Positions 11,655 to 26,635 of a stretch of 64,000 nt of DNA are shown piece by piece. The notes beneath the pieces are model-generated. The model was not told where the DNA came from, searched no databases, and worked only from the letters and a program-made list of their open reading frames with translations. The position numbers and the translations under genes are program-made. Numbering within the stretch: position 1 is the stretch's first letter; every line of letters starts with the position of its first letter. The stretch is from Octopus sinensis (Eukaryota), in the NCBI RefSeq assembly GCF_006345805.1, contig NC_042998.1, forward strand, positions 107,012,001 through 107,076,000, in the 5' to 3' direction.

Positions 11655-12950
11655 CTATCTTCTATTAGTTTCAGCTCAAAGCTGTTGTCATGCAGGGGCA
11701 CTGCCGTTTTGCTACACAGTTATTATTGAGAGCCTCCTCTAATATGTGGTGTTTGGTAAATAAGGGAGTTTGATGTCGCTACCCTCATTTGCACCTCCTG
11801 CCGCGAGGTTGGTTCAGCTGAGACTCTCGATAGGAAGAGATCCTGTTTTGATTTGAAAATACTTACATCCACTTTGTTTATGTCCCTCAGGCTCTTTGGG
11901 AGAATATTAAAATGCTGTGGGCTCCTGAAACCCAGGCTTTTGCAGTAACTGGGCCTGAAGCGCAATGGTATTGCTGGAATAAAGCGGCGAGCTAGCAGAA
12001 TCGTTAGCACGTCGGGCGAAATGCTTAGCGGTATTTCGTCTGCCGTTACGTTGAGAGTTCAAATTCCGCCGAGGTCGACTTTGCCTTTCATCCTTTCGGG
12101 GTCGATAAATTAAGTACCAGTTAAGCACTGGGGTCGATATAATCGACTTAATACATATGTCTGTCCATGTTTGTCCCCTCTATGTTCAGCCCCTTGTGGG
12201 TAATAAAGAAATAGGTATTGATGGAATCTTTGGCACTGTGCAGTGTCGACCCATTATATATATTTCTTTTTATTTATTTCTTTTATGGGTTTCAGCCAGA
12301 TGCTGAAGTCATGCTGGTGCACCGCCTTTACTCCATCCGAGGATTTTTTCAGTATTACTTCTGGTGAAGTAGCGAGTTGGACGTTGCCGCTCTTCTTTGT
12401 GCCTCCTGCTACGATGTGTGTTCATCCTGTATTGCAAATGAAAAGCTGTCTAGACATTTTTTGAAGACTTTCATGTCTATACCTTGCAGATCCCTGGTGT
12501 TCTGTGATGGGGCATTAAAAAGTTGTGGTCCCTAGTATCCCAAGCTATTACAATACTGGGTTCATATCCTCGATGGAGAAGATGCGACCTTTGGTACTGT
12601 GCAGTGCCGTCCAGCTCGGTGATTGTTGTAGATTTGGATTTCGAAATTTGGAGCTAGTCCCTCCATTATTTTCCATATGTATAGCACTGCATATCTCTCA
12701 CGTCTCCTCTACAGGGAGTAGAATTCCGGTTCCTTCAAATTGTCCCAGTATCCCATGTGTTTCATGAGTCTATCTTCTTTGTGTAGTTGCAATTAGTTTT
12801 ACACTCTGTGGAGACCACAGGTAGGAGCAGTAGTCTAAGGACAAAGGTTTTCCAAAGCAGAAGCATTGTGTCTCTGTTCCTGGTCCTGAAAGATCTAAAG
12901 ATCCAACCTGCCACCCGTCTGCATAGTATATACATATATATATACACATT
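11655..12950 (-). mobile_element. CR1/L2-group LINE 3' portion interrupted by a SINE
   Basis: LEFYSL*RRRER, SLGFRSPQHFNILPKSLRD..FKSKQDLFLSRVSAEP..SNSL, and 3' tail GGCAGTGCCCCTGCATGACAACAGCTTTGAGCTGAAAC. Confidence 0.8.
11981..12213 (+). mobile_element. tRNA-derived SINE, family C, with 14-bp TSD
   Basis: GGCGAGCTAGCAGAATCGTTAGC...GAGTTCAAATTCC; flanks GGTATTGCTGGAAT (11967-11980) and GGTATTGATGGAAT (12214-12227). Confidence 0.9.
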
Positions 12951-12977
12951 TTATTAGAACTGCAAAATTATCACAAA

Positions 12978-13016
12978 GCTATTACTCAGAGTTTCACGTT
13001 CCCGTTCGTCGGACAG
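12978..13016 (-). ncRNA. Minimal hammerhead-like motif with non-canonical core (CCGACGA)
   Basis: Minus: CTGT-CCGACGA-ACG(GGAA)CGT-GAAAC-TCTGA-GTA-ATAG; stems I-III form; U4 replaced by C. Confidence 0.5.
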
Positions 13017-13060
13017 TTGTGGTACCTTGTTTTGCACTTATGTGCTCACCTGTGTGTATG

Positions 13061-13118
<58 letters not shown>

Positions 13119-13417
13119 CCAGCATGGCCACAGTCAAATGACTGAAACAAGTAAAACAATAAAACAATATTGATATTGATATTAGGGGAGTTATTTCCGA
13201 GTCCACAGGGGGAGAGAAGTTCAATTTAGTAGTACTAAAATGAATTACTGTATTATATACATATATATAGACAGGTTTAAGAGACAGAATCGCCCTCAAA
13301 CCACTCAATCATCATTGAACGACATTATCCACGATAGGTACATATAGGACTAAATATTAAAAATTATTAAAATTAATATCTACAATTCTTATTCTAAATC
13401 ATATACATTACATTATA

Positions 13418-13525
13418 TAAACTACACGCGTTTCACGACAACATATTCTTCGATATTGCTGAAATAGAAAGTCTCGAAATACAATACCATATTAAAACGA
13501 TTATATTGCCAATCTTCAGGTCTAG
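13418..13525 (-). ncRNA. Type I hammerhead motif (Penelope-type)
   Basis: Minus: TAGAC-CTGAAGA-TTGGCAATAT...ATATGTTGTCGT-GAAAC-GCGT-GTA-GTTTA; stem I TAGAC/GTTTA, palindromic ACGCGT in stem III. Confidence 0.7.
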
Positions 13526-13825
13526 ATTATATTAACTTCTTTTGCTATTTGCATCCTATATAACTAGAAGTTGTCGGAATCATTTTACATTAGTAAATAA
13601 GGAACAGAAGTGTGGAATAAAAATAGGAAAAAGAAATGTTAGGAAAAAGAAATATTAACTTATATGTATGATAATTGTATTTCCGCGAATTCGCGGCATA
13701 CAAGTATGTATGTATATATTCAGTATGTATACGTGTACATGTATTTATAACACTATATTTTCCAAGTTCTCTTCTAAGCTCGCGATTTTCTTTATATAAA
13801 CTCTTCTATCTTATCAGCTTCCAAT

Positions 13826-13982
13826 ACTACGACTACTACAATTGCTCCATCAGCAGCACCAACAACAACAACGTCAATTCCACCACAACTGCTACTACTG
13901 GTGGTGATGGTGGTAGTTGTGGTAGTAGTAGCAGCAGCAACAGTAGCAACAGCAGCAGCAGCAGTAGCAGCAGTAGCAGCAA

Positions 13983-14056
<74 letters not shown>

Positions 14057-14400
14057 ATGTTGCTGTTGCTTCAGCTACCATGCCGCCGTCTGCGATAACA
14101 GAACACCCAGCCCCACACAATCCACCGACGCTAAGGACGCCGTCATTGTTGTGGTTATTTCTCTGACAATTACCATCATCGTCATCTTCAACACCATCAC
14201 CACAATCCTCCTCATCATCATCATCACCATCATAATCATCATCACCATCATAATCATTGTCATCGTAGTAATCGTCGTCGTCATCGTTGCCATCATCATC
14301 ATCATCATCATTATCATTATTATCATCATCATCATCACTGCTATCTTTGTCGTCGTCGTCGTTATGAGCCTTTGCTTGTCATCGTCGTTCGTCGTCATCG
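13826..14400. repeat. Compound trinucleotide repeat block (ACT, AAC, AGC, AGT, CAT, CGT)
   Basis: Directly visible; source of poly-S/L/V/I/M ORFs. Confidence 0.95.
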
Positions 14401-14782
14401 TTATCTTCGAGAATTGGATATCGAAAGTGTGTGACTAATGCTACCAAGACGAGTGGACAGTGAAAGATAGAGAGAATGAAAAAGAGAAAGAAAAGCTGAT
14501 GAAAAAAAAAGAAATAGATAGAGAGAGAAAGAAAGGAAGAGATAGAGAAAGAGTGAAAGAGAGAGCGAGAAAGAGAGAGGAAGAAAGAGAGAGAGATAAA
14601 GAGAGAACGTATATTGAATTAAAAGAGAGGGAGTAAAAGAGCGAATGAGGAAGAAACTGAGAAAGCGAAGGTGAAACTTCACTTCATCAAACAGTGTACA
14701 AGCAGCAACTCGAGTGTTTCGCCGCGCACCTGTCTGTGTATGTATGAGTGTGTATAGGTTTATTGATAAAAAATAAAAATGG

Positions 14783-14819
<37 letters not shown>

Positions 14820-15021
14820 GCACAGACGCGTGTGTGTATGTCCCTACATACATACTATAGAAGTTCCATAATAACTAGTTAACATTGAATAAAAATGCAA
14901 AAAAAACCAACACATATTTACATATACCTATGCAACACACATTCATACACATATATATGTATTCAATAAATAAAAAAATACATAGATATGTGTGCATATA
15001 TATGTGTATGTATGTATGATA

Positions 15022-15071
<50 letters not shown>

Positions 15072-15083
15072 TATATATAAATT

Positions 15084-15147
<64 letters not shown>

Positions 15148-15157
15148 GTATAGATAA

Positions 15158-15206
<49 letters not shown>

Positions 15207-15708
15207 AGACAGAGACAGGACACATACATACATACATACATACATACATACATACATACATACATACATACATACATACATACATCTACGCACACACATG
15301 TGCACATACACATGCAAACATACAGAGTTAAAGAGTAATCGGACACTGCCATACGCTAAACAAGAAACGTACATATATTTACATGATTACAAAGATATTC
15401 CCATATACATATGTGAGGTAAAAACGTTAACCCTAACTAATCGCAAATCTTTGGAACGGTGTTGACACAATCAAAACATAAGGAACCTCGTCGCTTTGTA
15501 ACCGGCGGGAATTCCGTGAAGAACTTTGGAAAAAATAATACAAACGCATATATACAATACATAAATAACCGCATACACGCATAAATGCGCACACACACAA
15601 ACACACATCAGCGCACAAACACACATCAGCGCACAAACACACATGCGAACAAAAACACACGAACACACCATATCGTATATACATACGTCTACACATATAT
15701 AGAAACAG

Positions 15709-15808
<100 letters not shown>

Positions 15809-16111
15809 CTGTAGGCTTTTCTTGAATCAACGCTTCGTAGGATATTTTTCGAATTCTATATAAAATATATTAACGTTTATAGAAAAGTATAGATTTACAC
15901 ACATACATACATACATACATACACACGCACACACACATATGTATGTATGTATGTGCATATACATATATATATATATATATACATACACATACATACATAT
16001 ATACGCACATCCAAATATAGATAGATACATGCATACATACATTCATACATTCACACACCACACACACACACACACCCACACCCCTACACACCACCATATT
16101 ATATATATATA

Positions 16112-16163
<52 letters not shown>

Positions 16164-16732
16164 AATACTACAGATACTTAATACATAAACATTCATTTAC
16201 ACACACGCACACACGCACACACATACACACAGACACACACCTCAATCACTTACTCATTCACTCACTCCTTCACTCCCTCGTTCACTCGCTCACTCATAAC
16301 GTATCTACATGACTATATAGGTATCTGTACCTGCCTGTTGTCGTAACAAGTAGAATGTACATCGAACCACAGAATTACTCTGTTTAATAGCTACGATGTT
16401 GGAGCTGGTTCCGTGTTATGGGAGACACGTTTTACAGTGAAAAAAATTTCGTCGGCTCAGCAATATACAACATTTCTACTAGTCTTATTGGCCATGATTT
16501 GCACATACAGGCCAGCATTGTTGGTTCTCATTATTATCGGTGAGTTATTCCGTTTATTTCTTTCAAATAAGTTTTTCAGACTTCTTGTTGTAGTCTTTAA
16601 CCATTAGTTATCATATTTCACATTATATAAAATATCTTCACACACACACACACACACACACACGATATATATATATATATATTTTGGTTATTGTTTTTCT
16701 TATTTGTATATGTGTTAGGATATATACTATAC

Positions 16733-16797
<65 letters not shown>

Positions 16798-16874
16798 CAT
16801 ATATATATATGTATATCTATATGTACATATACACACACATATATATATATGTTATATTTATACATACATACATA

Positions 16875-16927
<53 letters not shown>

Positions 16928-17794
16928 TATATGTACATATACACACACATACACACACAACACATATATGTATGTACGAATATATACATAAAATGAAAGT
17001 AATCATAAGCATCGTATATATTTTGTGTATTTCATAGATTTTTCTCTAACATTTGAACATGAAGAAATCATTTATATTGTTCGTGGTTTGAAAACTACTT
17101 TAACAATTTTCTTATAAAATCAAGATTCGGACGTGTCTTTGGAAACATACCTAAGAGCGTCCATTGTATTCTAATGTATATTCCAGGTTCGGAAAACCTG
17201 CGAAGATCCTGGGGCAGATACCTTCGTCAATACCAAAACTTAAAAGAACTACTATTAGTGGGGGGAGGGGAATATGGTATTCCAGTAATCTTCCAGTTTC
17301 TTCAGTTTCTTTGTGTTACTTGACAATTCTTGTTTTCTTTACATGGGACTAACTAATATGCAGAAATGTTTTTTTTTCAATCCATATTTTCCGTGTATGG
17401 ATTTCGTACATATAAACATACATACAAACAAACATATATATCCTTCCTTCTTTGGGCTCTCAACTCCTGGTGGAGTCGTAGGGACGCCGCTGTGATGCGT
17501 TTTACTTTCCCCGTTGCCTGAACACAGCCGATTCCTTTCAGAGGGAGGGAGAGAGAGAGAGAATGATTACTGAGTGAGTGACCGAAAGAGAGATGGAAAA
17601 ACAGAGAGATGCGATGGAGGGAAAGGTAAAGTGAGAAAGAGAATCGATCAACCCCGAGAGAATGAAATGCAGAGTTGACTTCGACGCAATTTGAGCCCTA
17701 AACCCCGGAGTGAATACCACAATGCGTCCTACCTGAGACGCTAACGACTCTGCCACATAGCCGATTAAATACACAGACGTATACATATACGTGC

Positions 17795-17825
<31 letters not shown>

Positions 17826-17948
17826 CATACATACATACATACATACATACATGCATGCATCAGTCGGCGCGTTGGTAAATATTTTGCGGTTCTGGTTACG
17901 CCGCCTCGCGATCGAACTGCGTTTGTCAACTTTGTCAAAACACATATA

Positions 17949-18000
<52 letters not shown>

Positions 18001-18016
18001 TGTGTGTGTGTTTGTG

Positions 18017-18049
<33 letters not shown>

Positions 18050-18706
18050 TGTGTGTGCGTGTGTGTAGATTTGTGAGTGTAGGTATGTATGTATGCATGA
18101 ATGCATGTATAAAGGGAGAGAGAGGGTGAGAGGGAGAGAGAGAGTGTGTATGTGTGTGTCTGTGTGCGTTTTCATGCAAAAAGCGATTCACTGAATATAC
18201 ATCCGTATTATGAGCGTGTATAATGTTTGGTAATTGCATGATGATAAAAACGGATTATTCTTATAGTGTTCGTATACTTGGCGTTAATCATATATGTTTG
18301 TATGAGTGTGAGTGTGTGTATGCGTGTGTGAGTGTGTGCATACACATAAATATATTGTATACATATATTATATCTATACAAACACACGCACACTCACGCA
18401 TATATACACCTACTTATACAGATATATCTACACAGGCGTCACACGCATACACACTATAATACAGATATAACAGATGTGCTTGCTGTTATGTTTATGTTGG
18501 TAAACTGGATTAATATCTCATACCTAAAGGTTTCGTGCGGTTCGTGTTAGTGAGCCTACAGGTCGGTGAGTCGGGAATAATCATGAAATTATTTCAGACT
18601 CGGTGACACGTACAGATGATTATGGTCAACCGAACGAGACTTTTAGTTATGAAATAATAATCCATTATCCGGATTAGCAACATGCAAATACATATATGTG
18701 TATGTA

Positions 18707-18741
<35 letters not shown>

Positions 18742-18804
18742 GTATGTGTATGTTTGTGTGTGTTTATAGATGCAGCCGTGGCAATGTTCTTTTTTTTTTT
18801 TTTT

Positions 18805-19145
18805 TTGGTTTTTACTTGTTTTAGTCATTTGACTACAGCCATGCTGGAGCATCACTTTGAACAGTTTTTAAAATCAAACAAATTAAGTGCTTTTTTTAAA
18901 GTCTAGCTCTTTTGCAGAGCCGCTAAATTAGGGTGGGGTGGGTAGGGGCGATATAAAAAACGTCAAAACCGGTTGTCCACCCGTGAGTGGGGGACAGACA
19001 TAAACAAATGCACACATACACACATATGTTTCCGTCATTCCGAAACTATAGTAAAAGACACTTGCTCAAGGTTTCACGCGGTGGGACCGAACCTGAGACC
19101 ATGTGACTGAAAAGCAAACTTCTTACCAAACAGCCATGCCAGCGC
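18805..19145 (-). mobile_element. SINE family B, degenerate
   Basis: Tail CATTTGACTACAGCCATGCTGGAGC at ~18825-18850 and head at 19030-19145. Confidence 0.7.
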
Positions 19146-19149
19146 CTAT

Positions 19150-19470
19150 TTAAGAAGTTCGCTTAGTAATCATGAGATCACTGGTTCTATTTAATTGTAA
19201 GGCATCTTGGGCAAGAGTCGAACTTAAAGTAAAAGAAAATTAAATTTGGCAGAGAGAAAGCATGGCAACCCGTCGAAAGACGGCACCTGGAATTCAAATG
19301 GTCGACCCTGTCACAGACTCTGTCACGCTCATTTTGCAAGAGAATTACGTTTACATTAAAGATACACGTGTTCTGTGAAATATACAGCCATTTACAGTAT
19401 AATTCAATGAGTCAGTTGACAATCGAATAACTGAAACATTCACCGTCGAAACCGATGAAGGATCCACTTA
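19150..19470 (+). mobile_element. Degenerate SINE related to family A/B heads
   Basis: CATCTTGGGCAAG domain and tail resembling 51480-51627. Confidence 0.5.
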
Positions 19471-19895
19471 CTTTTTACGTGCATATTAACACATAGATGT
19501 TTAACGCTCACTCCTTTTCTCGCTTTCTCTTTCTCTCTCCCTCTCTATCTCTCGTTTTCAGCATAGACACACACACACATATGCAGAAATATGCGTATGT
19601 ATACGCACATACATGTGTACGTATGTATGTGTTTATAATGTATGTATGTATGTATGTATGTATGTATGTATGTATGTATGTATGTATGTATGTATTTATG
19701 TATGTATGTATGTATGTATGTATTTATGTATGTATGTATGCATGTATGTATGTATGTATGGGCTTATAATTCTTTTCTAATTTTTGTCTTCTGCCGTCTT
19801 CCTCTCTTCGTTCTTACCTCCTTTTTCGTTCTTTCTCTCTATGTAAATCGCAGACTCACAGGTTCTCACTATCTCTGTCTCTATCTTGTTATCTC

Positions 19896-19989
<94 letters not shown>

Positions 19990-21013
19990 CCCATTTGCCA
20001 GTCTGTCTTCTCGGTACTTTTTAATATCTTCTTTTCACTAATTTCATTTCTCTTATATTTTGTCGGTAAATCTGTTAGCTGTTTATCTCATTCACAAACC
20101 ACCCACAAATTTATGAAAATGTGCCAGTATGTATGTATGTATGTATGTATGTATGTATGTATGTATGTATGTATGTATGTATGTATGTATGTATGTATGT
20201 ATGTAGGTAGGTTAGGTAGGTAGGTAGGTAGGTAGGTAGGTAGGTAGGTATGTATGTATGTATGTATGTATTATGTAGTGGTATGTATGTATGTAGTATG
20301 TATGTATGTATGTATGTATGTAGGTAGGTAGGGTAGGTAGGTAGGTAGGTAGGTAGGTATATATGTATGTATGTATTTATGTATTATGTATGTATGTATG
20401 TATGTATGTATGTATGTATGTATGTATGTGTATGTATGTATGTATGTAGGTAGGTAGGGTAGGTAGGTAGGTAGGTAGGTAGGTAGGTAGTAGGTGTATA
20501 TGTATGTATGTATTTATGTATGCGTGTATCTATCTACCCATCTCTCTACACATCTACCTATCCTCTCTACACATCTACACAGATATGTATGCATGTGCAT
20601 ATGTATTTGCATAAACTATAGGTGATATCTATTTCGTAATGTATATTCATCTCTCCATCTCATTCATTCAATCTATCCTTTTCTTTGTCTCTCTCTCCCT
20701 CTCTACCCCACTCTTTCTCTCTCTACCTCTCTCTCTCTCTCTCTTTGTCACACACACACACAAAGAATATATACGTATGTGTGTGTGTGCGTGTGTGTTT
20801 GTGAGGGACGAGAGTGAATGTGTGTATGGTGTATGTGAGAGAGAGAGAGTGTGTGTATGTGTGTGTGAAAGTATCTGTATGAGAGAGAAAGAGTAAGTGA
20901 GAGTGTGTGTGAGTGAGAGTTTGTGTGAGTGAGAGTATGTTGTTTATTGTTACATATCTATATCTTCCTATCTGCCTCTTTCCATCTGTCTCTTTGTACA
21001 CAAACACATGCCC

Positions 21014-21057
<44 letters not shown>

Positions 21058-21088
21058 TATATTATATATATTATATATATATAGATAG

Positions 21089-21160
<72 letters not shown>

Positions 21161-21220
21161 CAGACTAGACAGACAGACAGGACAGACAGTCAGACAGACA
21201 GACAGGTAGATAGATAGATT

Positions 21221-21280
<60 letters not shown>

Positions 21281-21635
21281 TAGATAGATAGATAGATAGA
21301 TAGATAGAGTGATGGACAAACGTAATCTTTACATAGCTATATATGTATGGATAGTCTAACGCTCCGAGAAAATGTTCTAAAAGAACAAAAATTTCATTTA
21401 TCAAAATACATATGAATATCACAGGAACATGGAGAAATGTATATACATTACGAAATAGATATCATCTATAGTTTAAGCAAATACATACACACATGCATAC
21501 ATATCTGTGTGCATGAGTCTAAAATGATAGATGTGTAGAGAGATGATAGATACATACAATACATACACACACAACAACATATTATACATATATATGTATA
21601 AATATATAATATATATATATATTTATATTATATAG

Positions 21636-21679
<44 letters not shown>

Positions 21680-21711
21680 CATATATTATATATATATATA
21701 TATATATATAG

Positions 21712-21798
<87 letters not shown>

Positions 21799-22283
21799 GA
21801 GAGAGAGATATAAAGTATTGCTATGGTTGGAGTTAGCTCGCCCACAGCAACCTATCTTTTCGAAACGGCCGTACGACTTTATTCATAGACCTTATACATG
21901 TTCGAGACTCCTTAGGAATCATTTTACATCCGCTTTATCACCTCTTCATTCAGACTTCACGAATACATTTATGGACTTACACTTTTTATGTAGTTATATT
22001 TTTAAATTTTATGTGTTTATAAATTTGTTTATGTGTATAAATTTTCGTGTATATGTATGTATTTATGAATTCTTAGAAATTTTTTATATATAATATAGAT
22101 AAATGCATCTACGTATGTTCTTTGTATACCATGGAGAATTTTGTCAATGTGGATTGAATGAATATATATATCGGCCTTTGAATTTGTTTTCTCCTCTCCT
22201 TAATTTTATATTCCTGAAGCTTTAACAGAGCGCTAATCGGTTGTGCTGTATAAAGTGGATACATCTATCACTTATTTCTTCAT

Positions 22284-22327
<44 letters not shown>

Positions 22328-22648
22328 TATATATATATGATGGAGAGTGTTACATGGTCGTGGCAAGCGTTTGGATATGGGATCGTGTGTTGAGATAGAA
22401 ATGACTGCACTGTGAAGAGACAAGTTAGCCACGCAGGTCGCAATTTCGAGTGTAGAAGATTTTGAAACCATATTACAAACAATAAACTTTTAAGTCAAGT
22501 CAACGGCCTTTCTGAGTGCTTATGTGCTTCTGAATGACTAGCTTGTGTCTTCCACGCTGCAATCGTGTTATATTTATGCATGGAGGCACGTACGCTCGCA
22601 CACACATACATACACACACACACGCATACGCAAACACATACACACATA

Positions 22649-22683
<35 letters not shown>

Positions 22684-22864
22684 CAATACATAACTTTAAT
22701 TATAATTATGATTTTTTCTCACATATTTGTATTGCCTTTGAAACGTTCGTATGTACTTATTAAATCTAGTTTTGATTTTTTAACATCTTTTCTCCATTTC
22801 TATAATTGTTTATAACATCTTATACCTATAAGGAACTTTTTTCAATTATATGTATGTATGTATA

Positions 22865-23160
22865 TAGGGCCCTGCCTTATTAACATTGTCCCGAGGGAGA
22901 TCAAAGAGGAAAAAGGATCCCATCAAACTTCAAACAGAGTCTGGATAGATTCCTTCAAAGAATACCAGATAAGCCCCCATAATTGGATACAACTCACCCA
23001 ACAAGAACTCACTACTTGAACAAAACGGATACAACTCACCCAACAAGAAACTAACTACTTGAACAAAACTTGACTTAAACAGGATTCGAATAATCCTATC
23101 AGGTGGTGCTATTAAGTTAGACATGGCCTGGACAAATCTCTGGTCGAAACATATCTAAGT
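22865..23160 (+). mobile_element. CR1/L2-group LINE 3' end with internal ~39-bp tandem duplication
   Basis: Frameshifted GPAL.NIVPREIKEE..NFKQSLDRFLQRIPDKP / IIGYNSPNKNSLLEQ; GGATACAACTCACCCAACAAGAAC(T)..ACTACTTGAACAAAAC twice. Confidence 0.7.
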
Positions 23161-23169
23161 TTTATCTAG

Positions 23170-23219
<50 letters not shown>

Positions 23220-24556
23220 TTATTTATATGCATATATACATACATATAATTACATGCCTACATATATATGTATATTACATGCATATATCGGACAGGACAT
23301 CAAAAAAACGTAGACAAAATGAGAAACGAGACCATAAAAAACAAAAACATAGAAAACGAACTTTTTTCGAACAACGAAAGAAACAAACAGAAAAACGAGA
23401 CAGGCAACATAAAGAACATTCTGTTCATCAGTTGTCCCGTTTTATCTACTCCGCGTTGCGAAGGTAGGGACAAGATATGACTTCGTTAAAACAGTTCTTC
23501 CCGCAAAGCAAATTAAATAAAATTTGGGATTTTTTGCGGAGGATGAAAGTGGTAACAAAAACAGGACAGTGAGAACAAAAGAGTAAAAACAAACGACGTG
23601 AAGTGATGAACGTTGGAAAAATGAGCTTTGAGAAGAGAGAGGTAAAAGCACGTCTTGTCTTTAGGAAGGAAGTGGAAGAAAGAAAATGGATGGCCGTTGG
23701 TCACGTGTGAGCAACGAGAGAGTCAGGTGGAAGCGTGAGAGAGAGAGGGAACGGTGAAGGGGAGAGGAGAAGAATAGGGAAAAGGTGGGAGAACTAGTTC
23801 GATCAATATATATATATATATATATATATAAGTAAGTAAAGAAGAACACAACCGCAACCGCAACGTGAAAGAACAATAAGCAGAGTGTATATTAGGTTGG
23901 CGCTTAGGATAAATAGAAGTCTTTAACGTTTCGAGCTTGCGGTCTTCTACAGAAAGCATAGATAAGGGGAAAGAAAAAAGGAGTCTGAGTTAAAAGGTCA
24001 ATGCTTAAAATTTTCGACAGTAAATATTAAGATGTTCTATTGGCTGAGTTTCTACTCATTGAATTACTGTATAAATGGCCTAAGAATTCCATAAATACTT
24101 ACTCTTACGAGCTTTTAACGTAATTTTCAGGTGGAATCAACTTGACACACAGTGTCAAAACGACTCCTTAAATTACTGGTTTATACACTGCTTTTGTCAA
24201 AAAGATCTCGTTTAAAAAGCTCCAGCTACTTTAGCGAAAGACACTGCCAAAGATGTTACGCGGAATTATCTAACCAGAGTTTTTTCAGTTGCCAAGTGAG
24301 CATTTTGGCCATTCGGGCATGCTGGTGATCGGATGAGATCGTGGTGGAAGAGTCTGTTCTCGCTTCGCTGTTGCTTTTTCGATTTTCGAAATAGGTACGT
24401 TAAGTGGCGGTTCTTTGTGACCGGTGAGTTTGCCAAATGTCGCCACCGCCACCTTCTTCGCTAGTAGCACGCTAGTAGCACGCTAGTTAACATCTTTACT
24501 TTTGTCGCATTCGTCATACGTGTATGTAGGTGTTTGTGTGGTGTGTGTGTGTGTGT

Positions 24557-24644
<88 letters not shown>

Positions 24645-24646
<2 letters not shown>

Positions 24647-24880
24647 ATCTGAGAGATCTGCATGGAGTTGGAGCGAATGCCTTCAAGAAACAACTTGACC
24701 TCTTGCTGTCTAAAGTCCTAGATGAGCCCACATCATGGCAAGAAACTCAAAAGAGGACAGCAGTAGCGAACTCCCTCCTTTACCAAAAGCCAATCACATA
24801 AGAATAACCATTGAAAAAGTTATAATACCGGCAGTGCCCCAGCATGGCCAAGCCTTTGAGCTGAAACGAATAAAAAGATA
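24645..24880 (+). mobile_element. CR1/L2-group LINE 3' end
   Basis: HLRDLHGVGANAFKKQLDLLLSKVLDEPTS..ANSLLYQ then tail GGCAGTGCCCCAGCATGGCC..GAGCTGAAAC. Confidence 0.8.
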
Positions 24881-25726
24881 TATATATATATATATATAAT
24901 ATATATATTATATATATATATATATATATAAAAGACTCATTCACACACAAACTCACTCACACTCACACACACACATATTCATACACATGCACATAATGGT
25001 TTACCCATTAACCTACCTGTAACACGTTTCCCAGTTTCTCTCTTTCTTAGTCATTCTCTACCACACGCTCTCACTCATTTACTCATTCATTCACTCACTT
25101 ATTCACTCACTCATTCATTCACTCATTCACTCACTCACTCACTCACTCACTCACTCTCCATATACACTCAAGTGTCTCCAGTTATTTTACACATCGTCTG
25201 TCAATACACTATCACAGAAATGCATTCATTCAAGAGACCGGGATTCTCTGGCATTTCTCGACACTCACCAAAAGCATTTTTGTTTTCTTTTTCGCTTCTC
25301 TCACTCATCCCTACCGATTTCTTTTCTATTCCGTTCGTTATTTCTCTCTATACTTCTTTCTTGCTTATTCCATTCCGTTTGCTCTTAGATTCTTCTTTCA
25401 TTATTTGATTAGTAGTCTTGAGTATTTCTCTTTCTTTCGTCAATTTCATTCATTTTTTTCACTTCTTACAGCTTCTCTCTCTTTCTTTCTTGCTTTCTTC
25501 CTTCCTTCCTTTCTACTTTACCTCAACTCTTTTAGCGGCGTATTCTCGAAATTAGGAGTAGATAGACAGCCGACAAACTGACGAAGGATCGCTCTTTGTG
25601 TTATTTGTCCTGTTTTCCATTTGTTTCTCTCATTCTTTGCGTATTAAACTCATTTGTTTTCATATTTTATATTGTTTGCTGTTGGTAACGTCCTGTAACC
25701 ATATATGCATATGTTATATATATATA

Positions 25727-25764
<38 letters not shown>

Positions 25765-26591
25765 TATAATATATATGCATATATTAATTATTTATATTAT
25801 ATACATATATGTGTGGCGTGTGTGTTTATATATATGCATGTCTATACTTGAGTATAGACATGTATGTATATGTCTATACTCAAGTATGTTTGTGCGTGAC
25901 AGTTACAATGACTATATACATTCGTAATGTATGTATAATGTGTGTTGTCTGCGTAGTGGTATGTATTTAGAAATTTGGAATATATATACTAAATATGTGT
26001 TGAATACATAACACTGACCTTATATGAGAGTGAGAAAGAGAGAAAGAGAGAAGAAGTGTGTGTGTGTGTGTGTGTGTGTGAGTGTGTGTGTTTAGGTATA
26101 TATTTAAAGCCTAAAAAACTGATGTTGTTTATGTTTGTAGCTCTTTATATCCCGTAAATTAGGGATTCAGATCGATAAAATAAATCAGCAGGTAGAAATA
26201 ATTGTTCGAGTCCATATGATCAATTAAAACAAAAATAATTTTGAAAAGCCTTCATGACGTTGACCCCCGCATGGCGTCAGCCCGTTTACTGAAAGTAATA
26301 AAAGTGTAAGAAAAAAAAGTACGCGGTTGACAAGTTAGTGTGCGTGCGTGCGTGTGTGTATTGTGTGTGAGTGTGTACGTCTCTGTGTGTGCGCGCGCGT
26401 GTGCGTTTGCCTGTGTATGTGCGAGTATCTATGTATTAACGTGTAACTAGATGCAAAAATATATTCCTCCCTTCTCAAAACAATACACACACGCACTCTC
26501 TCTCCTCTCTCTCTCTCTCTCTCCCTCTCTCTGTCTCCCTTTCTCTTTCTCTCTCTCTTTCTCTCTTTCTCTGTTAATATAGGTTTGCATA

Positions 26592-26635
<44 letters not shown>

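Noticed and set aside
11981-12075. tRNA gene
   Set aside because: A/B boxes are present but no complete cloverleaf; multi-copy SINE head with tail and TSD.
15428-15442. Telomere-like AACCCTAACTAA
   Set aside because: Only about one unit; not an array.
25545-25590. GAAAT..GTA..CTGACGA order (also ~23420-23455 minus, ~44010-44055, ~44719-44753) as a type II hammerhead
   Set aside because: Stem I cannot be paired in any copy and core bases vary; it is a repeat family but not a supportable ribozyme.
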